Virus genome (UHGV): UHGV-0117952
Strand: one strand, 5' to 3'
Length of the DNA stretch: 26,370 nt
Source of the DNA: a virus
Below the pieces are notes generated by a model. The model was not told the DNA's origin and did not search any database. It saw only the letters and a program-made list of their open reading frames with translations. Position 1 is the first letter of the stretch. Every line of letters starts with the position of its first letter. Positions 19,660 to 26,370 of this stretch are shown here, one piece after another. A program made the translations under genes and the position numbers.

Positions 19660-22099
19660 CAATGTAAAATTACAGGTATTGCTCAGGGCTGTTGACCAGG
19701 CATCCCGCCCGTTTAAATCCATCCGCACAGCGAGCAAGTCGCTGTCGGGGGATATCCGGGAAACACAAAAATCACTGCGCGAGCTGAACGGTCAGGCGTC
19801 CCGTATTGAGGGATTTCGCAAGACCAGTGCGCAGCTCGCCGTGACTGGTCAGGAACTGAAAAAAGCCAGACAGGAAGCCGCAGCTCTGGCTGTCCAGTTT
19901 ACAAATACTGAACGACCGACAAATGCACAGGCAAAGGCAATGGAAGCCGCGCGTAAAAACGCGTCTGAGTTACAGGCGAAATATAACAGCCTGAGATTGT
20001 CGGTACAGCGCCAGCGTCAGGAATTGAGTCAGGCGGGTATTAATACCCGTAATCTGGCGCATGATGAACGAGGGCTGAAAAATCGTATCAGCGAAACCAC
20101 CACACAGCTTAACCGTCAGCGTGATGCGCTGGCGCGTGTCAGTGCGCAACAGGCAAAACTTAATGCAGTAAAACAGCGTTATCAGGTCGGAAAGGAACTG
20201 GCCGGAAATATGGCCTCGGTGGGCGCTGCCGGTGTGGGTATTGCGGCGGCGGGAACGATGGCCGGAGTTAAGCTGCTGATGCCCGGTTATGAGTTTGCGC
20301 AGAAAAACTCAGAATTACAGGCCGTGCTCGGTGTGGAAAAAGACTCTGCCGAAATGGCCGCGCTACGCAAGCAGGCGCGCCAGCTCGGCGACAATACCGC
20401 CGCCTCGGCAGATGATGCAGCCGGTGCACAGATTATCATCGCGAAAGCGGGTGGGGATGTTGATGCCATTCAGGCGGCAACGCCGGTCACGCTGAACATG
20501 GCGCTGGCGAACCGCCGCACGATGGAAGAAAACGCCGCCCTGCTGATGGGGATGAAATCCGCCTTTCAGCTTTCAAACGATAAGGTCGCTCATATCGGGG
20601 ATGTTCTCTCCATGACGATGAACAAAACCGCCGCCGATTTTGATGGCATGAGCGATGCGCTGACCTATGCCGCACCTGTGTCAAAAAATGCTGGTGTCAG
20701 CATTGAAGAAACCGCCGCAATGGTCGGGGCGCTGCATGATGCAAAAATTACCGGTTCAATGGCGGGGACGGGAAGCCGTGCCGTGTTAAGCCGCCTGCAG
20801 GCACCGACGGGAAAAGCATGGGATGCACTGAAAGAGCTTGGCGTGAAAACCTCAGACAGTAAGGGAAACACCCGGCCAGTATTTACCATTCTGAAAGAAA
20901 TGCAGGCCAGCTTTGAGAAAAACCGGCTCGGTACTGCCCAGCAGGCTGAATACATGAAAACTATTTTCGGGGAGGAGGCCAGCTCAGCCGCCGCCGTGCT
21001 GATGACTGCCGCCTCAACCGGAAAGCTGGACAAACTGACCGCTGCGTTTAAAGCCTCAGACGGGAAGACCGCCGAGCTGGTAAATATCATGCAGGACAAC
21101 CTAGGCGGTGACTTTAAAGAGTTTCAGTCCGCTTATGAGGCGGTGGGGACTGACCTGTTTGACCAGCAGGAAGGCGCACTGCGTAAGCTCACGCAGACGG
21201 CCACAAAGTATGTGTTAAAACTCGACGGCTGGATCCAGAAAAACAAATCACTGGCGTCAACCATCGGACTTATTGTCGGTGGTGCACTGGCACTGATTGG
21301 TGTCATCGGTGCCATTGGCCTCGTAGCCTGGCCGGTTATCACCGGCATCAATGCCATCATCGCGGCAGCAGGCGCAATGGGGGCAATCTTCACGACGGTT
21401 GGCAGTGCTGTTATGACCGCCATCGGAGCGATTAGCTGGCCGGTTGGGGCCGTGGTGGCCGCCATTGTCGCCGGGGCGTTGCTTATCCGTAAATACTGGG
21501 AGCCTGTCAGCGCATTCTTTGGCGGTGTGGTGGAAGGGCTGAAAGCGGCATTTGCGCCGGTGGGGGAACTGTTCACGCCACTTAAGCCGGTGTTTGACTG
21601 GTTGGGCGAAAAGTTACAGGCCGCGTGGCAGTGGTTTAAAAACCTGATTGCCCCGGTTAAAGCCACCCAGGACACCCTGAACCGTTGCCGTGACACGGGC
21701 GTCATGTTCGGGCAGGCACTGGCTGACGCGTTGATGCTGCCGCTTAATGCGTTCAACAAACTGCGCAGTGGTATTGACTGGGTACTGGAAAAACTCGGTG
21801 TTATCAACAAAGAGTCAGACACACTTGACCAGACCGCCGCCAGAACTCATGCCGCCACGTATGGCACCGGTGGTTATATTCCGGCGACCAGCTCTTATGC
21901 AGGCTATCAGGCTTATCAGCCGGTTACGGCACCGGCTGGCCGCTCTTATGTGGACCAGAGTAAAAACGAATATCACATCAGTCTGACGGGCGGTACTGCG
22001 CCGGGGACTCAGCTCGACCGCCAGTTACAGGATGCGCTCGAAAAATATGAGCGGGATAAACGTGCGCGCGCCCGTGCCAGCATGATGCATGACGGTTAA
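19652..22099 (+). CDS. T: P2-type tail tape measure protein gpT
   Basis: 815 aa, coiled-coil-rich N-terminal half and hydrophobic glycine-zipper segment; follows E/E'. Confidence 0.9.
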   Translation: MSNNVKLQVLLRAVDQASRPFKSIRTASKSLSGDIRETQKSLRELNGQASRIEGFRKTSAQLAVTGQELKKARQEAAALAVQFTNTERPTNAQAKAMEAARKNASELQAKYNSLRLSVQRQRQELSQAGINTRNLAHDERGLKNRISETTTQLNRQRDALARVSAQQAKLNAVKQRYQVGKELAGNMASVGAAGVGIAAAGTMAGVKLLMPGYEFAQKNSELQAVLGVEKDSAEMAALRKQARQLGDNTAASADDAAGAQIIIAKAGGDVDAIQAATPVTLNMALANRRTMEENAALLMGMKSAFQLSNDKVAHIGDVLSMTMNKTAADFDGMSDALTYAAPVSKNAGVSIEETAAMVGALHDAKITGSMAGTGSRAVLSRLQAPTGKAWDALKELGVKTSDSKGNTRPVFTILKEMQASFEKNRLGTAQQAEYMKTIFGEEASSAAAVLMTAASTGKLDKLTAAFKASDGKTAELVNIMQDNLGGDFKEFQSAYEAVGTDLFDQQEGALRKLTQTATKYVLKLDGWIQKNKSLASTIGLIVGGALALIGVIGAIGLVAWPVITGINAIIAAAGAMGAIFTTVGSAVMTAIGAISWPVGAVVAAIVAGALLIRKYWEPVSAFFGGVVEGLKAAFAPVGELFTPLKPVFDWLGEKLQAAWQWFKNLIAPVKATQDTLNRCRDTGVMFGQALADALMLPLNAFNKLRSGIDWVLEKLGVINKESDTLDQTAARTHAATYGTGGYIPATSSYAGYQAYQPVTAPAGRSYVDQSKNEYHISLTGGTAPGTQLDRQLQDALEKYERDKRARARASMMHDG

Positions 22100-22113
22100 G
22101 GAGGTGACGAAAA

Positions 22114-22593
22114 ATGATGCTCGCGTTAGGTATGTTTGTTTTTATGCGCCAGACGCTGCCACACCAGACCATGCAGCGTGAATCAGATTATCGCTGGCCG
22201 TCAAATTCCCGTATCGGTAAACGGGATGCCTACCAGTTTCTCGGCGTTGGTGAGGAAAACATGACGCTTGCCGGTGTGCTTTATCCCGAACTGACCGGCG
22301 GCAAGCTGACGATGACCACGCTCAGACTGATGGCAGAGGAAGGCCGGGCGTGGCCGTTGCTGGATGGCACAGGCATGATTTACGGCATGTATGTCATCAG
22401 CAGGGTGAGTGAAACAGGGAGTATTTTCTTTGCAGACGGCACACCCCGGAAAATTGATTTTACGCTGTCACTCACCCGCGTGGATGAATCACTGGCCGCG
22501 CTTTATGGCGATATCGGTAAACAGGCAGAATCGCTCATCGGTAAGGCTGGCAGTATGGCGACTAAATTCACGGGGATGACGGGGGCGGAATAA
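22114..22593 (+). CDS. U: P2-type tail protein gpU
   Basis: 159 aa; position after T and conserved-looking core (PHQTMQRESDYRWPSNSRIGKRDAYQFLG). Confidence 0.85.
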   Translation: MMLALGMFVFMRQTLPHQTMQRESDYRWPSNSRIGKRDAYQFLGVGEENMTLAGVLYPELTGGKLTMTTLRLMAEEGRAWPLLDGTGMIYGMYVISRVSETGSIFFADGTPRKIDFTLSLTRVDESLAALYGDIGKQAESLIGKAGSMATKFTGMTGAE

Positions 22594-23756
22594 TGCTGGA
22601 TGCGCTGACATTTGATGCAGGCAGTACGCTGACGCCGGATTACATGCTGATGCTCGACAGCAGGGATATTACCGGCAATATCAGCGACCGTCTGATGAGT
22701 ATGACCCTGACGGATAACCGGGGCTTTGAGGCTGACCAGCTTGATATTGAACTGAACGATGCCGACGGGCAGGTCGGGCTGCCGGTTCGTGGCGCTGTCC
22801 TGACGGTGTATATCGGCTGGAAAGGTTTTGCCCTGGTATGCAAAGGGAAATTCACCGTTGATGAGGTTGAACACCGGGGCGCACCGGATGTGGTCACCAT
22901 CCGCGCCCGGAGTGCAGATTTTCGCGGGACGCTCAATTCCCGCCGTGAAGGCTCATGGCATGACACCACGCTCGGTGCGATTGTTGAGGCGATAGCCTCC
23001 CGTAACAGGCTGGAAGCCAGTGTCGCGCCGTCACTGGCAGGAATTAAAATCCCGCACATCGACCAGTCGCAGGAGTCTGATGCGAAATTCCTGACCCGTC
23101 TTGCTGAACGCAACGGCGGTGAGGTGTCGGTAAAAATGGGAAAACTGCTGTTTCTCAAAGCGGGGCAGGGGGGGACGGCCAGCGGTAAAAAAATCCCGCA
23201 GATTACCATCACCCGCAGCGACGGCGACCGTCATCATTTTGCGATTGCTGACCGCGGAGCCTATACAGGCGTAACGGCAAAGTGGTTACACACCAAAGAC
23301 CCGAAACCGCAAAAGCAGAAGGTAAAACTGAAACGCAAAAAGAAAGAGAAACACCTGCGCGCACTGGAGCACCCGAACGCGAAACCGGTCAGGCAGAAGA
23401 AAGCGCCTAAAGTACCGGAAGCGCGTGAAGGTGAATACATGGCCGGTGAGGCTGACAACGTTTTTGCCCTGACCACGGTATATGCCACGAAAGCGCAGGC
23501 CATGCGCGCCGCTCAGGCGAAGTGGGATAAGCTGCAACGGGGCGTTGCGGAGTTCTCCATCAGTCTGGCTACCGGTCGTGCTGATATTTACACGGAAACA
23601 CCGGTTAAAGTGTCAGGCTTTAAGCGCGTCATAGACGAGCAGGACTGGACAATCACTAAGGTGACACATTTTCTGAATAATAGCGGCTTCACGACGTCCT
23701 TGGAGCTTGAGGTCAGGCTTTCTGATGTGGAGTACGAAACAGAAGATGATGAGTGA
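22593..23756 (+). CDS. D: P2-type late control / tail protein gpD
   Basis: 387 aa, start overlaps the U stop; N-terminus MLDALTFDAGSTLTPDYMLMLDSRDITG recognised as gpD family. Confidence 0.9.
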   Translation: MLDALTFDAGSTLTPDYMLMLDSRDITGNISDRLMSMTLTDNRGFEADQLDIELNDADGQVGLPVRGAVLTVYIGWKGFALVCKGKFTVDEVEHRGAPDVVTIRARSADFRGTLNSRREGSWHDTTLGAIVEAIASRNRLEASVAPSLAGIKIPHIDQSQESDAKFLTRLAERNGGEVSVKMGKLLFLKAGQGGTASGKKIPQITITRSDGDRHHFAIADRGAYTGVTAKWLHTKDPKPQKQKVKLKRKKKEKHLRALEHPNAKPVRQKKAPKVPEAREGEYMAGEADNVFALTTVYATKAQAMRAAQAKWDKLQRGVAEFSISLATGRADIYTETPVKVSGFKRVIDEQDWTITKVTHFLNNSGFTTSLELEVRLSDVEYETEDDE

Positions 23757-23837
23757 TGTTTTTATTTTATCTGTTTGTTTTATAAGGATAAATTAACTAA
23801 AATGGCACCATCAACAAAACCGGAAGAGGTGCTCGCG

Positions 23838-24056
23838 ATGTTTCATTGTCCTTTATGCCAGCATGCCGCACATGCGCGTACAAGCCGCTATATCACTGAC
23901 ACGACAAAAGAGCGTTATCACCAGTGTCAGAACGTGAATTGCAGCGCCACGTTCATCACTTATGAGTCGGTACAGCGATACATCGTGAAGCCGGGAGAAG
24001 TCCACGCCGTAAGACCGCACCCGTTGCCGTCAGGGCAGCAAATTATGTGGATGTAA
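23838..24056 (+). CDS. ogr: Ogr/Delta-family zinc-finger late-gene transcription activator
   Basis: Track ORF starts at 23775, but ATG 23838 (MFHCPLCQHAAHARTSRYI...CQNVNC) has GGAAGAGG 8 nt upstream and gives the 72-aa Cys4 protein typical of P2 Ogr. Confidence 0.85.
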   Translation: MFHCPLCQHAAHARTSRYITDTTKERYHQCQNVNCSATFITYESVQRYIVKPGEVHAVRPHPLPSGQQIMWM

Positions 24057-24067
24057 TTACAAACAGG

Positions 24068-24093
24068 AAGCCCCTCAGTCGAGGGGCTTTTTT
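24068..24093 (+). terminator. rho-independent terminator downstream of ogr
   Basis: GCCCCTC (24070-24076), loop AGTC, GAGGGGC (24081-24087), then TTTTTT (24088-24093). Confidence 0.7.
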
Positions 24094-24157
24094 GTCGATG
24101 TGGTCAATGTGTGGACGTGACCAGAAATAAATCCTTTTATTTCATTGTATTATGCGT

Positions 24158-24244
24158 AAAAAATAAGCCCGTGTAAGGGAGATTACACAGGCTAAGGAGG
24201 TGGTTCCTGGTACAGCTAGCATTTTATGGGTTATGTTTTTCAGC
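24158..24244 (-). ncRNA. cyaR: CyaR (RyeE) Hfq-dependent small RNA
   Basis: Minus-strand sequence GCTGAAAAACATAACCCATAAAATGCTAGCTGTACCAGGAACCACCTCCTTAGCCTGTGTAATCTCCCTTACACGGGCTTATTTTTT matches my recollection of enterobacterial CyaR, in its expected place between ogr and yegQ; ends approximate. Confidence 0.75.
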
Positions 24245-24278
24245 GAAACGGATGATAACCTTAATAAATGCAGCTGTA

Positions 24279-24294
24279 TGTGATCGGTTTCTAA
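24279..24294 (-). promoter_or_regulatory. candidate CRP-binding site upstream of cyaR (class II position)
   Basis: TGTGA-N6-TCTAA (consensus TGTGA-N6-TCACA) centred about 42 bp upstream of the inferred CyaR 5' end at 24244. Confidence 0.4.
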
Positions 24295-24328
24295 GAATTT
24301 TCCATCCGGGAAAAATAATCGAAATTAA

Positions 24329-25690
24329 TCACTTACCGTGTGGGTTACGCGTGGTTTCCCCGGAGAAATTACGCATCAGCAGCGCGTAATTTAGCTCAAG
24401 ATCCTGCGGGACCGGGAGCCACACAGTATAACCATCGCCTGGTGCGACCGGCATCGCTTCACCTTTGGCGTTTTCCATGTGCTCAAGGGTAAAGTTAATG
24501 TTGCCTTGCGGCGTCATCAGCTCAAGGCTGTCGCCAACGGAGAATTTATTTTTCACCGCTACCGCTGCGAGGTCCCCCTTGCGCTCACCGGTAAACTCAC
24601 CAACAAACTGCTGGCGGTCAGAAACTGAATAACCGTATTCGTAGTTCTGATAATCGTCGTGAGTATGACGACGCAGGAAACCTTCGGTATAGCCACGATG
24701 CGCCAGACCTTCCAGAGTTTCCAGCAGGCTGGTATCGAACGGTTTGCCCGCAGCGGCATCATCGATAGCTTTACGATAAACCTGTGCGGTGCGTGCGCAA
24801 TAGTAGAAAGATTTAGTACGGCCTTCGATTTTCAGCGAATGCACGCCCATTTTGGTCAGGCGTTCTACATGGGCGATGGCGCGCAGATCTTTCGAGTTCA
24901 TGATGTAAGTGCCGTGCTCATCTTCAAACGCGGTCATATACTCGCCCGGACGCTGGGCTTCTTCGATCATAAACACTTTGTCGGTTGGCGCGCCGATACC
25001 TAGCGTCGGCTCAACATTTTGCACCGGAATCGGCTCGTACTTGTGTACGATGTTGCCAACGTCATCTTCTTTCCCTTCCTGGACGTTGTACTCCCAGCGG
25101 CAGGCGTTGGTGCAGGTACCCTGGTTCGGATCGCGCTTGTTGATATAGCCAGAGAGCAGGCAGCGACCGGAGTAGGCCATGCACAGCGCACCGTGAACGA
25201 AGATCTCGATCTCCATATCCGGCACCTGATTGCGGATCTCTTCAATCTCTTCCAGCGACAGCTCGCGAGAGAGGATCACGCGGGTCAGGCCCATTTGCTG
25301 CCAGAATTTCACCGTCGCCCAGTTTACGGCGTTAGCCTGCACCGAGAGGTGGATCGGCATTTCAGGGAAGTGCTCACGCACCAGCATAATCAGCCCTGGA
25401 TCGGACATAATCAGCGCATCCGGCCCCATTTCCACCACCGGTTTCAGGTCACGGATAAAGGTTTTCAGCTTGGCGTTGTGTGGTGCAATGTTGACCACGA
25501 CATAAAACTTTTTCCCCAGCGCGTGGGCTTCATTGATGCCGAGCTGAAGATTTTCGTGGTTAAATTCGTTGTTGCGCACACGCAGGGAGTAACGCGGCTG
25601 GCCCGCATAAACAGCATCTGCGCCATAAGCGAAAGCGTAACGCATATTTTTCAGCGTTCCCGCCGGGGAAAGGAGTTCCGGTTTAAACAT
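24329..25690 (-). CDS. yegQ: peptidase U32-family protein YegQ (tRNA ho5U synthesis, TrhP)
   Basis: 453 aa; sequence recognised from memory as enterobacterial YegQ (MFKPELLSPAGTLKNMRYAFAYGADAVYAGQPRY...), including the Cys-rich block; GAGAG Shine-Dalgarno upstream. Confidence 0.85.
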   Translation of the reverse strand: MFKPELLSPAGTLKNMRYAFAYGADAVYAGQPRYSLRVRNNEFNHENLQLGINEAHALGKKFYVVVNIAPHNAKLKTFIRDLKPVVEMGPDALIMSDPGLIMLVREHFPEMPIHLSVQANAVNWATVKFWQQMGLTRVILSRELSLEEIEEIRNQVPDMEIEIFVHGALCMAYSGRCLLSGYINKRDPNQGTCTNACRWEYNVQEGKEDDVGNIVHKYEPIPVQNVEPTLGIGAPTDKVFMIEEAQRPGEYMTAFEDEHGTYIMNSKDLRAIAHVERLTKMGVHSLKIEGRTKSFYYCARTAQVYRKAIDDAAAGKPFDTSLLETLEGLAHRGYTEGFLRRHTHDDYQNYEYGYSVSDRQQFVGEFTGERKGDLAAVAVKNKFSVGDSLELMTPQGNINFTLEHMENAKGEAMPVAPGDGYTVWLPVPQDLELNYALLMRNFSGETTRNPHGK

Positions 25691-25831
25691 AATTCTCTCG
25701 TTCTGATGACAGGTCAGATCCGCTTCACCTGATGAAGCGGTTAGGGGAGTGCCCCCACTTTAAGGGCGGGCATTGTAGCGCAATCGGCGGGGTTGGCTCC
25801 AGTGCAAATGTGAGGGAAAAGACTGGGGGAT

Positions 25832-25990
25832 TTATTTGTTACCGGCCTTCACTTTATGTAAAAACAGATCCTTTTCCCACGGTTGGGCTTCGCCACTGCG
25901 TAGTCCCTCGGCAAGTTTTTCTCGTAGCAAGCGTAAAGCTTCACGTATTGTTTCGTTTTGGTTCCGCTCGTCAGCAGGTACATTTGTCAT
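25832..25990 (-). CDS. hypothetical small protein (52 aa), not in the supplied ORF track
   Basis: ATG at 25990 to TAA at 25832-25834; MTNVPADERNQNETIREALRLLREKLAEGLRSGEAQPWEKDLFLHKVKAGNK. Charged helical composition; no clear Shine-Dalgarno. Confidence 0.3.
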   Translation of the reverse strand: MTNVPADERNQNETIREALRLLREKLAEGLRSGEAQPWEKDLFLHKVKAGNK

Positions 25991-26010
25991 CGTAAGTCTA
26001 TAATTCGAAG

Positions 26011-26370
26011 TTATTTAAAAGGAATGTAACCCCATAATCTGTTGTGAAGTTCCGGATTGCGGGTAAAAAGCGCCTGAAGTTGCTGACGCTGAAGAGCATT
26101 CGGTTGAATGCCCGAAAGATTGAAATTGCGTTGCCATATCGCGAGCTGTTTACCTGCAAATTCTTCAGTTAGCTTGTGTTGCGATTGAAGAAGAAGAATT
26201 AAACCGTCCCATTTGTTCAAGTTATGATACAGCCGACAATATGCGCAAGCATGTTTAACTGACGGCGCGTTTTCCTGCAACTGACGTATTTCCTCGAACG
26301 TGAGCGGAACGCGACACCGGTAATGACTCCAACTTATTGATAGTGTTTTATGTTCAGATAATGCCCGATG
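26011..26370 (-). CDS. 3' portion of an uncharacterised minus-strand gene; frame open to the window edge
   Basis: Track gives 26011-26280 from a TTG start, but the same frame has no stop up to 26370, so the gene probably begins outside the window. Product not recognised. Confidence 0.4.
   Translation of the reverse strand, partial: HRALSEHKTLSISWSHYRCRVPLTFEEIRQLQENAPSVKHACAYCRLYHNLNKWDGLILLLQSQHKLTEEFAGKQLAIWQRNFNLSGIQPNALQRQQLQALFTRNPELHNRLWGYIPFK

Noticed and set aside
20665-21822. Minus-strand ORFs of 144 and 229 aa inside the P2 tape measure gene
   Set aside because: Antisense to a confidently identified gene; low-complexity Ala/Ser/Pro-rich translations; no start-site signals.
22640-23537. 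Minus-strand ORFs (190, 80, 83 aa) inside gpD
   Set aside because: Antisense shadow ORFs within a recognised gene; no independent support.
23775-23837. N-terminal 21-aa extension of ogr given by the ORF track
   Set aside because: Ogr-family proteins begin at the MFHCPLC zinc-finger; ATG 23838 has a proper Shine-Dalgarno.
25019-25732. Plus-strand 237-aa ORF overlapping yegQ
   Set aside because: Antisense to yegQ, His/Arg-rich and implausible as a protein; yegQ is the coherent reading.
25732-25995. Plus-strand 87-aa ORF in the yegQ upstream region
   Set aside because: Cys/Gly/Arg-rich, no Shine-Dalgarno, and it overlaps the more plausible minus-strand 52-aa ORF and the likely yegQ promoter/5'UTR.

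Overview
This window reads as an Enterobacteriaceae (E. coli-like) chromosomal prophage region, about 55-60% GC, with two AT-rich cargo islands. No search tools were run; all family assignments are from reading the translated ORFs, and GC figures are by-eye estimates. Layout: (1) 1-14867, a tightly coupled plus-strand contractile-tail morphogenesis operon of Mu-like gene order (head-tail connectors, sheath, tube, frameshifted chaperone, tape measure, baseplate, 953-aa tail fiber), interrupted at 6321-6990 by an AT-rich moron encoding a signal-peptide protein with its own terminator. (2) 14868-17452, an AT-rich island carrying a minus-strand family-2 glycosyltransferase whose 5' end holds a 47-nt tetranucleotide tract, (CTGG)11.75 on the plus strand, placing an upstream ATG leader ORF one nucleotide out of frame with the enzyme body; this looks like a slipped-strand phase-variation switch and is the most interesting feature here. 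It is followed by about 1 kb of non-coding DNA with two minus-strand terminators and a perfect 16-bp palindrome. (3) 17453-24056, a second, P2-type tail set (FI sheath, FII tube, E/E' frameshifted chaperone, T tape measure, U, D, ogr) with no P2 baseplate, fiber or head genes in the window, so probably a remnant. (4) 24068-26370, host DNA: the ogr terminator, the CyaR sRNA on the minus strand with a CRP-like site, yegQ (U32 peptidase family, trhP), and two uncharacterised minus-strand ORFs. The window therefore holds two sheath/tube/tape-measure sets side by side, which implies a tandem or mosaic prophage arrangement.
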